Assembly (NCBI GenBank): GCA_965140585.1
Contig: OZ223267.1
Coordinates: 448,001 to 512,000 of the forward strand
Source of the DNA: Spirochaetia bacterium
Lineage (GTDB): Bacteria; Spirochaetota; Spirochaetia; UBA9216
Length of the DNA stretch: 64,000 bases
Direction: 5' to 3'
Shown here: positions 10,237 through 21,081 of the stretch, in pieces
Numbering within the stretch: position 1 is the first letter of the stretch
How the letters are laid out: every line of letters begins with the position of its first letter
Notes under the pieces: generated by a model
Told to the model about the DNA's origin: nothing
Seen by the model: the letters and a program-made list of their open reading frames with translations, nothing else
Database searches by the model: none
Program-made: the position numbers and the translations under genes

Positions 10237-10398
10237 TACAACTCCTTTCCATACTCACCATAATTCAGCTGCATAAATATTTATCAATGATGAAGTCTGA
10301 GATAGTTAAAATGTAAACTCTTTAGAATGGCTATCTTTTTAAATAGATTTAGTAAATCAATTGAATATAAACCTGATGTGAGGTGAGTACAAGGAAAA

Positions 10399-10416
10399 TT
10401 ACACAAATTTGTGTAA
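10399..10416. promoter_or_regulatory. Perfect 18-bp palindrome TTACACAAATTTGTGTAA
   Basis: Self-reverse-complementary; lies in the AT-rich gap upstream of the Cys-rich gene. Confidence 0.45.
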
Positions 10417-10691
10417 AATCGTATAAAATTATTAGAGCTTCAAGTAATAAAGTCATACTTTTGTATATAAATTCTTGTTTTTTTTACTGAAGTAATACGC
10501 AGTTTTATATAAATTAGTGAAAAATGAGTATTTTTGAAATCTCAGCTTGTTTTTGGGAAATCTTTTAATTTTTAAGCCCTACACAGTATAAATATTTTTT
10601 ATGATTAGCAGCAATTATAAGGTAGATACATTCGCCTTCAAGTGTTGCATTTTATAGTGTTAGAAAATCATAATACCTCTGTTAACATCGA

Positions 10692-11478
10692 TTAACGAAC
10701 TGGAATTACTCGTATTGATTTTCCCTTTGGGATCCAGAAATCACCATCTTTATTGACTGTTTGAATTACCTTTATTCCATTATATTGCCAGTTAACAGCC
10801 TCCCAAACTAGAGCACGAGCTTCAGAGGTTCGTAATCCTGTAGAATACAATAAAGCCAAGAAAACCCCAAGATTATAGCCCTTTCCCCAAAGCTCCTTGA
10901 ATTCCTCAATGTTTTCCGGAAAAATTTTTAAAGCCATATCATCAGATAAAATTTCTTTCTCTGATTCATTTCGCGCAACAGGTGGTTCAATATCAGAGGA
11001 ACTGAAAGATATAAGATTTTCCCTTCTTAAATCGAATAATATGATTTTAAAAGTATTGTATATATGTCGTTTCCAATGATTAGAATAATCAAGATTAAAA
11101 ATCCAGTTCTCAATTGCCACAGGAGACAATTCAGAGAATCTATGATTGCTGAACTGTGGAAGAATATGAGTTTCTAACCTTGCTCGATGTTGTTCCCTGG
11201 TAAAACTAATAATCTTTTTTCCACTTCCTATTTTACGCGTCCACCAGGGACTGTCGTCATCCTTAAAATATTGTTCGGCATAATCGCCGAAAGTTGTATA
11301 TTGTCGAACTGAAGGGGATAGTGCGAGAAGTTTTTTACAGTATTGTTCTGCTTTTCTTCTAATGGTCTTTGGGTTTTCTATTGGGCCTAATAGAATGAAA
11401 AGACTTTTCATCTCTTAATTTATAATACAAGAATCCACTTTGCTGTTTTAACCGATATGGTTCTACTTTTCTTCCCAT
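10692..11478 (-). pseudogene. Tyrosine recombinase/integrase remnant (frameshifted and C-terminally truncated)
   Basis: N-terminus MGRKVEPYRLKQ...EKSFHS from ATG 11478 in another frame; TFGDYAE, HILPQF, STGLRTSEARALVW present; HxxR and catalytic Tyr absent; downstream of tRNA 3' end. Confidence 0.8.
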
Positions 11479-11623
11479 AACTAAACTCTAAAATATGTAT
11501 TAAAAAAGATAAAAGGCAGGATAAATGGCACATTTAGGTAATTTTTAGGAAGGAGCATATAGTCTGATTTAATGTTTTTTATGTAATTCATTGTATTGTA
11601 AGGAATAGTTCTTCATAAAATCA

Positions 11624-11695
11624 AGCCAACGGTGGGAATTGAACCCACGACCTACGCTTTACGAGAGCGTTGCTCTACCCCTGAGCTACGTTGGC
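11624..11695 (-). tRNA. tRNA-Thr(CGT)
   Basis: GCCAACG acceptor stem, TAGCTCAG..GGTAGAGC D arm, ACGCT-ctCGTaa-AGCGT anticodon arm, GGTTCAATTCC T arm; CCA not encoded. Confidence 0.95.
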
Positions 11696-11713
11696 AGGAT
11701 TTACTGAAAACAA

Positions 11714-11742
11714 ATAGTACTTAAAAAATCCCCTTCTTGCAA
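11714..11742 (-). promoter_or_regulatory. sigma70 promoter of tRNA-Thr
   Basis: TTGCAA-17 bp-TACTAT on minus strand. Confidence 0.55.
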
Positions 11743-11870
11743 GCAGAATCTTCGTCATTGCATATCCTAAGTATATTGCCCGCGGTTGATTAAAATTTGA
11801 CTTTTTGAAATAACCATGATAAATATTTAACAAATAATGGTAAAATATTACTAAATACATGGAGGCCAGG

Positions 11871-13130
11871 ATGACATCACGTGAAAGGGTACTTGCTTCA
11901 ATTGACCATAAAACACCGGATCAGGTTCCGGTTGATTTAGGCGCTACCCCGAGCTCAGGTATTTCGGTTAAAGCCTACAGCAACTTTACTTCCTATATGG
12001 GATTTGACAGCAGTCCAAAGGTTTATGATGTGGTTCAGCAGCTTGTGCTTCCCGAATCCCCTGTAATAGATTTTGCCGGTGTTGATGTTCTTGATATTGC
12101 GCAGGCATATGTAAATGATGCGGATGCTCCGGAATCAGACTGGACACCTGTACCAGGCAATGAAACAACCTTTTATCCATCATGGTTTAAGCCGGTGCAG
12201 AATACTTCCGGCGGCTGGGATGCCTTTCATGAAGACGGCACCAGAATAGCCTCGATGCCTGCCGGGGCTTCATTCTATGACCAGACCTGCTTTCCATGGG
12301 AATCAGGATATCCCGATTCCCGGACTGCCATGAGTGACGCGCTTGATGAAGCCATGGACAAGGTCCTGTGGCAGAAACTGGTGCATTCACCCTGGGACAG
12401 AACCGCAGCTCCGGATTTCTGGGAAGACCTGAGAAATAAAAGTATAAAGCTTCAGAAAGAAAGCGGGAAGGCTCTGATGATAGTCTGCGGCTGCAACCTA
12501 TTTGAATGGGGTACATTCCTCCGCCGTATGGACAACTTTTTAATGGATATCTATCTTGAAAAGGATAATGTGATAATCCTCATGGAACTGCTTATGGAAA
12601 AGCATATGGCCACACTTGAAAAGGTATGCAGTGCTGTAGGCGACACAATCGATATTCTTCGCTTCGGTGATGATCTAGGAATGGATACCGGCCCTTTTAT
12701 GGGAATTGATGCCTATCGCGAGCTTTTTCATCATCACCGTAAAAACCTCTGTTCCTATGTGCATAATAACAGCAGCATGCATACTTTTCTTCATTCATGC
12801 GGCTCCATCTACCAGTATCTGCCTGATCTCATCGATTCAGGAATAGAGATTATAAATCCTGTACAGACTAACTGCCGGGATATGGATCCGGTACGCTTAA
12901 AAGCCGAGTTCGGCGATGATATAGTCTTCTGGGGGGCCGGAGCAGATACACGTGAGATCCTTAACAGCGGGACACCGCAGCAGGTCAGAGCTGATGTACT
13001 TAACCGTATGGAAATATTTTCAAAAAATGGAGGTTTTGTTTTTAACACAATCCATAATATACTGGGAGATGTACCTCCGCAGAATATTGAAGCAATGTTT
13101 AATGCGGTAAAAGAATTTAATTTAAAATGA
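11871..13130 (+). CDS. Uroporphyrinogen decarboxylase / MtaA-CmuA methyltransferase family protein
   Basis: MTSRERV, PDQVPVDLG, GDDLG, HSCG, NPVQ, FWG, HNI; GGAGG RBS. Confidence 0.85.
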   Translation: MTSRERVLASIDHKTPDQVPVDLGATPSSGISVKAYSNFTSYMGFDSSPKVYDVVQQLVLPESPVIDFAGVDVLDIAQAYVNDADAPESDWTPVPGNETTFYPSWFKPVQNTSGGWDAFHEDGTRIASMPAGASFYDQTCFPWESGYPDSRTAMSDALDEAMDKVLWQKLVHSPWDRTAAPDFWEDLRNKSIKLQKESGKALMIVCGCNLFEWGTFLRRMDNFLMDIYLEKDNVIILMELLMEKHMATLEKVCSAVGDTIDILRFGDDLGMDTGPFMGIDAYRELFHHHRKNLCSYVHNNSSMHTFLHSCGSIYQYLPDLIDSGIEIINPVQTNCRDMDPVRLKAEFGDDIVFWGAGADTREILNSGTPQQVRADVLNRMEIFSKNGGFVFNTIHNILGDVPPQNIEAMFNAVKEFNLK

Positions 13131-13138
13131 GGTCTCCT

Positions 13139-13564
13139 ATGATTAAAAAAATCCTTATAGCTGTTAATGATAATGAAACCAGTACTGAGATTCTTGATAC
13201 CGGCTTTTCTCTTGCCGAACAGCTCGGAGCAGAAGTCGGTATTGTTGATGTCGCAAGGCTTTCATTCGGATATATAGATGCGGGAATATATGCAAGGCAG
13301 ATAGAAGAGGTAAACCTCAACATAGCAAAACATACAGTTAAATCAATAAAAGAGAACTATCCGGGGAAGATTGCAGCTGATTTTGAACCGGTGGGTGACC
13401 CGGTTAGTGAGATAAGAAAAATCTTAGATGAATGGAGTGCCGATCTGATTATAATAGGTCATCATCAGCGTTCTGTTTTTCGAAAGATTGCTGATACAAG
13501 TCAGGAAAGAAGACTTGTTAACCAGATTGATGTTCCGGTAATGGTAGTTCCATGCTGTAATTAA
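13139..13564 (+). CDS. Universal stress protein
   Basis: KKILIAVND, GDPVSEI, ADLIIIGHH, VPVMVVP. Confidence 0.85.
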   Translation: MIKKILIAVNDNETSTEILDTGFSLAEQLGAEVGIVDVARLSFGYIDAGIYARQIEEVNLNIAKHTVKSIKENYPGKIAADFEPVGDPVSEIRKILDEWSADLIIIGHHQRSVFRKIADTSQERRLVNQIDVPVMVVPCCN

Positions 13565-14354
13565 TCCGGTATTCCCTCGGCGGAATGCCTTTGGACTGCT
13601 TGAAACTCTTGCTGAAGTGAAATTCGCTGTAAAAGCAGAGCCTTTCTGAAATCTCATAAATCGGCATTCCTGTACTTATCAGCATTGAAGATGCTGCTTC
13701 TATTTTCAAATGATTCAGATACTTCATCGGCGTTGTATTCATCTTTCTGCTGAAAAGCCTGATAAGGTATGATTTATTAAGTTTCAATCTGTCAGCAAGC
13801 TCATCCAGACTTAGCCTGCTGAAGACATTGTTCTGCATAATCTTCAGTGCTTTCTCAATATGGGCGTTTGAACTGTCGCTGTAATGAAAAGACCCGGGCC
13901 CCTCCGTCATCATATATAAAAAGGATATAAACTGATGAATCCCCGAGTTCATTCGTGAGCGGTTATTTGACAGAAATTTGTCCTTCAGCTCCTCAAAGAA
14001 AAACCTGTAATTTGTACCGATATTGTAGTATTTCTTTCTGCTCATGAGTTCAGTCATCAGGTTTGTGATCTCTTCATCATTGTTGTCGGTTTTAAAAAGA
14101 ATTGCATAATAGGTTACCGGATTGGTTTTTGAAGCTGGAACAATAGTGTGAGTATCTCCAGGTGATGAGAAAAACAGCGAACCCTGACTTAACGACCATG
14201 TAACCCCGGCATTCTTAAAGCTGCCTGCACCCTGAATGAAGTAATGTAGTTCATATTCAGTATCGCTGTGCCTGTGTGTCCTGCTGTGCCAGCGCAGCTG
14301 ATCCTCATCCTGAAGTAGATATACAAATACAGCATCTGAAATTGATATCTGCAT
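13518..14354 (-). CDS. AraC-family regulator (cupin + HTH), probable xylose regulator
   Basis: HRH..YELHY cupin; SLDELA...YLIRLF and FYSEFHFSKSFK..G.PPREYR; divergent from xylB. Confidence 0.85.
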   Translation of the reverse strand: MQISISDAVFVYLLQDEDQLRWHSRTHRHSDTEYELHYFIQGAGSFKNAGVTWSLSQGSLFFSSPGDTHTIVPASKTNPVTYYAILFKTDNNDEEITNLMTELMSRKKYYNIGTNYRFFFEELKDKFLSNNRSRMNSGIHQFISFLYMMTEGPGSFHYSDSSNAHIEKALKIMQNNVFSRLSLDELADRLKLNKSYLIRLFSRKMNTTPMKYLNHLKIEAASSMLISTGMPIYEISERLCFYSEFHFSKSFKQSKGIPPREYRINYSMELPLPEHQSG

Positions 14355-14474
14355 ATACAGAAAATAACATTTCAAAAAGTTAATGTCAATTTTATATATG
14401 AAACCTCAATCCTTTCCATATTAAAAGACAGCAACCGAATATAAACTTTATATAGATTAAATACAGGAGGTCTT

Positions 14475-15965
14475 ATGGAAACAGTACTGGGTATTGATAT
14501 GGGTACGCAGAGTATTAAATTCCTCGTATATGACTATAAGCAGAAAAAGACAGTTGCAGTTACGCAGCAGAAACTTGATATTATTTCAGATTCAGACGGT
14601 ACAAGTGAACAGAAGGCAGAATGGTGGATAGAAGCTGCTGTGAAATGTGCACAGGGAATATCTCCGGATATCCTGAAATCGGTAAAGGCTGTCGGAGTCT
14701 CGGGACAGCAGCATGGTTTTGTTCCGCTTGATTCTGAAGGAAAGAATGTTTATAACGTAAAACTCTGGAATGATGTATCAACAGCCGCAGAATGTGATGA
14801 AATAACTGCAGCTTTCGGGGGTGAGGAAAAGCTTATTTCCGATGCGGGGAATAAGATACTTCCCGGATACACTGCACCAAAGGTCCTCTGGCTTAAAAAA
14901 AACAGGCCGGATGCATACAAAAAGCTCTCGCATATCCTGCTTCCACACGATTACATGAATTACTATTTGACTGGAGAGTATTCAGCCGAATACGGCGATG
15001 CTTCGGGAACGGCTTTTCTGGATGTCAGAAAACGATGCTGGTCTGAAGCTGTGCTTAATGCTCTTGACCCGGACAGGTCTCTGCTTGAATGTCTGCCGGA
15101 GCTTAGAGAAGCCTCAGCTTCTGCCGGAACAGTAACTGCCCGGGCCGCTGCAGCCTTCGGAATTCCGGCTGGAATTCCTGTGTCAACGGGCGGCGGAGAT
15201 AATATGATGGGTGCCGTTGGAACCGGAACCGTCCACGAGGGCGTTATGACGATGAGTCTGGGTACTTCCGGAACAATATACGTTTACGGTGATAGCCCGC
15301 TTATCGATCCGGAAGGTAATCTTGCAGCCTTCTGCTCATCAACCGGCGGATGGCTTCCGCTGCTGTGCACCATGAACTGTACAGTAGCGACAGAAAAGAT
15401 CAGATCGCTTTTTGATATGGAACACGAGGCACTCACCAGGCTTGCCGCTGAGACCGCGCCAGGTTCAAACGGTGTTATAGTCCTTCCGTATTTCAGCGGT
15501 GAACGTACACCGAGTCTTCCCAACGGCCGGGGGGTAATCACAGGCCTGAGCATGAATAACGTAAATCAGTCAAACATTACCCGCGCAGCAATGGAATCCG
15601 CAGTATTCGGGCTGAAGCTCGGGTATGAATCGCTGCAGGCTCTCGGCGTCAGCACACAGGAGGTCCGTCTTATAGGCGGAGGTTCAAAAAACCCGGTGTG
15701 GCGGCAGATAGCTGCTGATGTGCTGAATGCAGAGGTTGTTACTCCTGTAAATGAGGAAGCCGCCGCTTTCGGTGCGGCACTCCAGGCTCTCTGGATGCTG
15801 GAGGCCGGTGGCGCAGGCACGGGTATCAAAGAAATTACAGATGAACATATAAGGCTTGATGAAGAAAATACTGTTATTCCGGAAGCCTCTGCTGTAAAAG
15901 AATATGAATCAGTTTATAGAGAATATAAAAGTTATCTGGAACTGTTAAAACCAAAATTTGAATAA
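14475..15965 (+). CDS. xylB: Xylulokinase
   Basis: [30 protein letters not shown]; adjacent to xylA. Confidence 0.92.
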   Translation: METVLGIDMGTQSIKFLVYDYKQKKTVAVTQQKLDIISDSDGTSEQKAEWWIEAAVKCAQGISPDILKSVKAVGVSGQQHGFVPLDSEGKNVYNVKLWNDVSTAAECDEITAAFGGEEKLISDAGNKILPGYTAPKVLWLKKNRPDAYKKLSHILLPHDYMNYYLTGEYSAEYGDASGTAFLDVRKRCWSEAVLNALDPDRSLLECLPELREASASAGTVTARAAAAFGIPAGIPVSTGGGDNMMGAVGTGTVHEGVMTMSLGTSGTIYVYGDSPLIDPEGNLAAFCSSTGGWLPLLCTMNCTVATEKIRSLFDMEHEALTRLAAETAPGSNGVIVLPYFSGERTPSLPNGRGVITGLSMNNVNQSNITRAAMESAVFGLKLGYESLQALGVSTQEVRLIGGGSKNPVWRQIAADVLNAEVVTPVNEEAAAFGAALQALWMLEAGGAGTGIKEITDEHIRLDEENTVIPEASAVKEYESVYREYKSYLELLKPKFE

Positions 15966-15984
15966 TTGCCAGGAGGAAAAGATT

Positions 15985-17322
15985 ATGTCGAATTATTACA
16001 AGGGAAACAAAGAATACTTTGAGGGAATAGGGAAAATTAATTACGAAGGCCCGGCCTCGGATAATCCGCTTGCATTCAAATTCTATGATGAGAATAAAGT
16101 CATAGGAGGCAAGACAATGAAAGAACAGCTTAGGTTTGCAATAGCCTACTGGCATTCTTTCTGCGGTGACGGAGGAGACCCCTTCGGCGGAAGAACTCAC
16201 TTCTTTCCATGGGATACAAAATCTGATCCCGTGGATGCTGCAATGGATAAACTTGATGCAGCTTTTGAATTTTTTACGAAGATAGGTGCACCCTTCTACT
16301 GCTTTCATGACAGGGATCTCGCTCCTGAAGGATCTTCAGTTACAGAGTCTGAAAAGAACCTGCAGACATTGATAGAAGCGGCAAAAGAAAGGCAGGATGC
16401 TACAGGTGTTAAACTGCTCTGGGGAACTGCAAACCTTTTCGGACACCCCCGTTATATGAACGGTGCTTTTACAAACCCGGATTTTAATGTTGTTGCACAT
16501 GCTGCGGCACAGGTTAAAGCTGCTATAGATGCAACAATTTACCTCGGCGGCGACGGTTATGTCTTCTGGGGAGGCCGTGAAGGCTATATGAGCCTGCTTA
16601 ATACCGATATGAAGCGAGAAAAAGACCATCTTCTCAAGGCTCTTACCGCAGCACGTGATTACGGACGGAAAGCCGGATTTAAGGGAATGTTCATGATAGA
16701 ACCAAAACCCATGGAACCTTCAAAACATCAGTATGATTATGATACCGAGACTGTCGTAAGCTTCCTGAAGCAGAACGGCCTCGATAGTGATTTCCGTTTG
16801 AATATAGAAAATAATCATGCAACCCTTGCCGGACATACTTTTTGGCATGATCTGCAGGTTGCTGTAGATGCCGGAATGCTCGGCAGTATTGATGCAAACC
16901 AGGGTGATTATCAGAACGGCTGGGATACTGACCAGTTCCCCACAAGTGTTTATGAAACAACAAGAGCCATGATGGTTGTACTTGAAAACGGAGGTCTTGG
17001 AAAAGGCGGACTCAATTTTGATGCAAAAATCAGAAGAAACTCCACAGATCCTGCTGATCTCTTTATAGCCCACATAGGTGGTATGGATGCCTTTGCTCTC
17101 GGATTGGAAGCTGCATATAAGGTAAAGAATGAAAGCAGCATTCCTTCAATGCTCAAGGACCGCTACAGCTCATTTGACAGCGGAAAGGGTGCTGACTTTG
17201 AGGCTGGAAAACTCGGTCTTGAAGCACTCAGAGACCTTGCTGCAGCCTACGGGGAACCTGAAATGCTCAGCGGCAGACAGGAACTCTACGAAAATATCCT
17301 CAACAGCATGCTGTTCAGATAA
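15985..17322 (+). CDS. xylA: Xylose isomerase (class II)
   Basis: [45 protein letters not shown]. Confidence 0.96.
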   Translation: MSNYYKGNKEYFEGIGKINYEGPASDNPLAFKFYDENKVIGGKTMKEQLRFAIAYWHSFCGDGGDPFGGRTHFFPWDTKSDPVDAAMDKLDAAFEFFTKIGAPFYCFHDRDLAPEGSSVTESEKNLQTLIEAAKERQDATGVKLLWGTANLFGHPRYMNGAFTNPDFNVVAHAAAQVKAAIDATIYLGGDGYVFWGGREGYMSLLNTDMKREKDHLLKALTAARDYGRKAGFKGMFMIEPKPMEPSKHQYDYDTETVVSFLKQNGLDSDFRLNIENNHATLAGHTFWHDLQVAVDAGMLGSIDANQGDYQNGWDTDQFPTSVYETTRAMMVVLENGGLGKGGLNFDAKIRRNSTDPADLFIAHIGGMDAFALGLEAAYKVKNESSIPSMLKDRYSSFDSGKGADFEAGKLGLEALRDLAAAYGEPEMLSGRQELYENILNSMLFR

Positions 17323-17338
17323 GATCCATCATTTTTGC

Positions 17339-17384
17339 CTTTACCGGCGGTATTTATTATATTTGATATATACCGCTGGTAAAA
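17339..17384 (+). terminator. Hairpin after xylA
   Basis: ttttaccggcggtat / ataccgctggtaaaa inverted repeat. Confidence 0.55.
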
Positions 17385-17432
17385 CTTGAAACCTGTAGGT
17401 ACGGTAAATTCATTAATTGGTGAGGTGGAATT

Positions 17433-17861
17433 ATGATTACTAAAATTCTAATCGCTGTGAATGATGAAGAAGCTGGGACAGGATACATTCAGGATGCATT
17501 TGAAATCGCCGAAAAATTCGGCGGTGAAATAGCCCTTATTGATGTTGCTCAGCTTGTCATCGAATATTCAGAGGCCGGAAGAATGGTTGCTCCTGTAGAG
17601 AATGTTAATATTGAGATTGCTGAGCACACTGTAAAAGCAATTAAAGAGCTCTTCCCCGGACGTGTTTCAGCAGATTTCGAACCGGAAGGTGATCCGGTAA
17701 CAGAAATACGACGGATTATCAATGAATGGAAGGCCGATATGCTTATTGTAGGCCATCATAAGAAGTCTTTTTTCCAGAAAATGTCTGATACGAGCAGGGA
17801 AAAACGACTTATTAACAACATCGATATTCCGGTGCTTGTTCTGCCCTGTGTAAAACAATAG
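17433..17861 (+). CDS. Universal stress protein (paralogue of 13139..13564)
   Basis: KILIAVND, ADFEPEGDPVTEI, IVGHH, IDIPVLVLP. Confidence 0.85.
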   Translation: MITKILIAVNDEEAGTGYIQDAFEIAEKFGGEIALIDVAQLVIEYSEAGRMVAPVENVNIEIAEHTVKAIKELFPGRVSADFEPEGDPVTEIRRIINEWKADMLIVGHHKKSFFQKMSDTSREKRLINNIDIPVLVLPCVKQ

Positions 17862-17954
17862 CTGTCTGAAAAGATATAAAAATAAAATCAGATTCATCTT
17901 AAGACATTTTTTCGTATTCCGATATTTACTATAGAAGTATTTGCGGAGGAAAAA

Positions 17955-18800
17955 ATGCTTAGAGGCTTATATACAGGCGCAAGCGGCATGCAGGCTCAGA
18001 TCCATAAAATGGATGCCCTTGCCAATAATCTCGCCAATGTTGATACAACAGGATACAAAAAAGACACATCAGTACAGAAAGCTTTTCCGCAGATGCTAAT
18101 CCGCAGAATGAACGATGAAGTATATAAGTTCCCATTCGGTTCTGTAGATACTACCCCGGAGGTTGGAAAGCTCGGAACCGGCGTTGAGTTAAATGAAATA
18201 TATACACAGTTTTCACAGGGTTCTTTAAAAGAGACTTCAAATCCCTTTGATATAGCGCTAGACGGTACCGGTTTTTTTACAATCGAAACTCCGATGGGTG
18301 AAAGGTACACAAGAAACGGAACCTTCCTTATTGATGATAACGGTATGCTTGTAACAAAAGAGGGACTGCCTGTAGAAGGTGAAAACGGTCATATTTATCT
18401 TAAAAAGAACAATTTCGTTATTGATAAACAGGGAAGAGTGTTTCAGAATAAGGATCTTGCGCAGGACCCTCAGCGTCTTGTTTCAATGGAAGAAAACGAC
18501 TGGGCTAATCTTGAGCAGGTTGATACCCTGAAAATCGTCGATTTCCGACGTCCCAGATATCTCGACAAACAGGGCCAGTCACTCTGGTCAGCCAACAATG
18601 AATCAGGTGCGCCCAGGGCAGTGGAACTCGGCGGTACAACAAAGACTATACAGGGATTCCTGGAAACTGCAAACGTAAATCCGGTTACCGAGATGGTAAG
18701 TATGATAAGCGTCAACAGAGCATATGAAGCAAACCAGAAAGTAATACAGGCACACGATGCCATGACCGATAAACTTATAAATCAGGCAGCAAGGGTATAG
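17955..18800 (+). CDS. flgF: Flagellar basal-body rod protein FlgF/FlhO
   Basis: MLRGLYTGASGM, ANNLANVDTTGYK, YTRNG, LETANVNPVTEM. Confidence 0.88.
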   Translation: MLRGLYTGASGMQAQIHKMDALANNLANVDTTGYKKDTSVQKAFPQMLIRRMNDEVYKFPFGSVDTTPEVGKLGTGVELNEIYTQFSQGSLKETSNPFDIALDGTGFFTIETPMGERYTRNGTFLIDDNGMLVTKEGLPVEGENGHIYLKKNNFVIDKQGRVFQNKDLAQDPQRLVSMEENDWANLEQVDTLKIVDFRRPRYLDKQGQSLWSANNESGAPRAVELGGTTKTIQGFLETANVNPVTEMVSMISVNRAYEANQKVIQAHDAMTDKLINQAARV

Positions 18801-18813
18801 GGGGTAAAAAGTC

Positions 18814-19608
18814 ATGATGAGATCACTTTACACAGCAGCATCAGGAATGACAGGACAGCAGTACAACATTGATACTATTTCAAATAACCTGTCAAACGTG
18901 AACACAACCGGTTTCAAGCAGAACCGTGTTGATTTTGAAGACCTCCTCTACCAGACAACCAGAGTCGCCGGAACCCCGGCTACAGAGCTTACAGTGGTGC
19001 CTACAGGTGTTCAGGTGGGTCATGGTGTAAGAGTAGCCGCTACTCAGAAAATGTACACTCAGGGCGCTCTTCAGAATACAGGCAATGTATCGGATGTAGC
19101 CATTACCGGCGAAGGCTTTATGAGAGTACTCCTTATGGACGGCTCCTACGGCTACACAAGAGACGGTGCACTTAAAATTGACTCTAACGGTCAGATTGTA
19201 ACTTCCAACGGATATAAACTGATGCCTGAGGTTGTCCTTCCTGAAGGATTTGAAAGAGACTCTCTTACTATTACCCAGGATGGAAGAATTACCGTAAAAG
19301 TTCCCGGAAGTGATGATCCGATTCTTGTCGGACAGATGCAGCTTTACCGCTTTGTAAACCCGGCAGGGCTTTCCGCAATCGGTGAAAACCTTTTAAAGGT
19401 AACAAACGCATCAGGTGACCCGATAGGAGGTCGTCCAGGTTTTGATGGAATGGGTAAAATCCAGCATAAGTTTCTTGAAATGTCGAATGTTTCAGTTGTT
19501 CAGGAAATGGTAAACATGATAGTTGCACAGCGTGCCTATGAACTTAACTCAAAGGCGATCCAGACATCAGACTCAATGCTCCAGATTGCAAATAACTTAA
19601 AGAGATAA
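18814..19608 (+). CDS. flgG: Flagellar distal rod protein FlgG
   Basis: SNNLSNVNTTGFK, FEDLLYQ, LEMSNV..VQEMVNMIVAQRAYELNSK. Confidence 0.95.
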   Translation: MMRSLYTAASGMTGQQYNIDTISNNLSNVNTTGFKQNRVDFEDLLYQTTRVAGTPATELTVVPTGVQVGHGVRVAATQKMYTQGALQNTGNVSDVAITGEGFMRVLLMDGSYGYTRDGALKIDSNGQIVTSNGYKLMPEVVLPEGFERDSLTITQDGRITVKVPGSDDPILVGQMQLYRFVNPAGLSAIGENLLKVTNASGDPIGGRPGFDGMGKIQHKFLEMSNVSVVQEMVNMIVAQRAYELNSKAIQTSDSMLQIANNLKR

Positions 19609-19611
19609 TAG

Positions 19612-19935
19612 ATGGAAATAGCAGATATCGCTGATCTTCAGTACAGAAACCTAAAAACTTCAGATGCGGGAAATATTCTTAATAAAAAAATGCAGAATGA
19701 AGCAGAAGCTAAAAAACTGAAAGATGCCTGCAGAGATTTCGAGTCTCTTTTTATCAAGCAGATGCTCGATTCAATGAAAAAGACTGTCAACAAGTCCGGG
19801 CTGCTTGACGGCGGAATGGCTGAAGATATATTTGAAGATATGCTCTATGATGAATATGCAACCAAAATGGCTGATACTGCTAATCTTGGTATAGCAAAAA
19901 TGATGTATAAGCAGCTTTCTGCCGGCCTTCAATAA
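19612..19935 (+). CDS. flgJ: Single-domain FlgJ-like rod-binding protein
   Basis: LKDACRDFESLFIKQMLDSMKKT, LGIAKMMYKQL; no muramidase domain. Confidence 0.85.
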   Translation: MEIADIADLQYRNLKTSDAGNILNKKMQNEAEAKKLKDACRDFESLFIKQMLDSMKKTVNKSGLLDGGMAEDIFEDMLYDEYATKMADTANLGIAKMMYKQLSAGLQ

Positions 19936-20152
19936 CAGATCCGGATATTTAAATTAATTGTAAAAGTTCAAAAAACTTCATGAAAACTTCCATCTGAGTG
20001 TTATATTCAAAATAGTAATATTGTTTATTTTATAACGACTCCTGTACAAAAAAGTATACATTTTTTTCTGTTTCTATTTAGAGTAATCTTTGTAAATTTT
20101 GTAAATCACTGCTATGTAAGTAAATACAAGCTTTTTATTTGTGAAATATAAA

Positions 20153-20169
20153 TTGGCACGTTTCCTGCT
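20153..20169 (+). promoter_or_regulatory. sigma54 (-24/-12) promoter of the RpoS-like gene
   Basis: TTGGCACGTTTCCTGCT, GG-N10-GC, ending 24 bp upstream of the ATG. Confidence 0.8.
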
Positions 20170-20193
20170 ATATTATATGCGAGGTGATGCCAG

Positions 20194-21033
20194 ATGAATA
20201 AGAATGAAAACATTCAGGACAATACTTTAAAATCTTATTTTAAACAGATTCAGAAATACCCGCTTCTTGATTTTGATCAGGAAATTGAACTTTCAAAGCG
20301 TATTCAGGCTGGCGACAGAAAAGCTGTTGAAACGCTAATTGAATCAAATCTGCGACTTGTTGTAAAAATAGCCAAACCATATGTAAGCAGAGAAATGAGT
20401 TTTCTTGATGTTATCCAGGAAGGTAATCTTGGGCTGATGAAGGCAGCTGAAAAATATGATTTCAGAAAGAATGTAAGATTTTCCACATATGCAGCATGGT
20501 GGATTAGACAGGCAATTGTAAGAGCTATCTCAAATAAAAAGAGACCTATAAGACTTCCGCACCGGAAGGAGGAAACTCTCAGAAAGATTAAACAGGCTTA
20601 CTACACATTAAGTCAGTCATTTATGAGAGAGCCTAATTATGAAGAAATTGGAATTGAGTTGGGGATGAGTGCAGATGAAGTTGAAACAATCCTTCAGATC
20701 AGCGGAGATGTTATTTCACTTGATGCTGAAATGAATGAAGATTCAGGAACTCTTATTACAATGTTTGAAGATATGTCATACGAACCTGCCCAGACTGTAA
20801 TCAAGCAGATTATGCGTGATGATACTCTCAAAACTCTTGATATTCTCCCTGAGAAAGAGAAAAAAGTTCTAATGTACCGTTATTCATTTTATGACGGCAA
20901 GAAATACACACTTAAGAAAATAGGCGACAAATTTGGAATATCACCAGAAACTGTAAGACAGATAGAAATGAGAGCTCTTAAAAAGCTTGAAAAAGAAGCA
21001 GATAAACTTAAAGAGTATGTATATACTGCATAG
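20194..21033 (+). CDS. rpoS: RpoD/RpoS-family alternative sigma factor (no region 1.1)
   Basis: [38 protein letters not shown]; context as in the Borrelia rpoS locus. Confidence 0.75.
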   Translation: MNKNENIQDNTLKSYFKQIQKYPLLDFDQEIELSKRIQAGDRKAVETLIESNLRLVVKIAKPYVSREMSFLDVIQEGNLGLMKAAEKYDFRKNVRFSTYAAWWIRQAIVRAISNKKRPIRLPHRKEETLRKIKQAYYTLSQSFMREPNYEEIGIELGMSADEVETILQISGDVISLDAEMNEDSGTLITMFEDMSYEPAQTVIKQIMRDDTLKTLDILPEKEKKVLMYRYSFYDGKKYTLKKIGDKFGISPETVRQIEMRALKKLEKEADKLKEYVYTA

Positions 21034-21081
21034 ATTCTGTATTACTTGACGAAACGGTAATTTAATAATAACTTTTAGCCG

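Noticed and set aside
9903-10316. 137-aa plus-strand ORF
   Set aside because: Antisense shadow of the Cys-rich gene; no motif or RBS
11675-11860. 61-aa minus-strand ORF
   Set aside because: Overlaps the tRNA and its promoter; spurious
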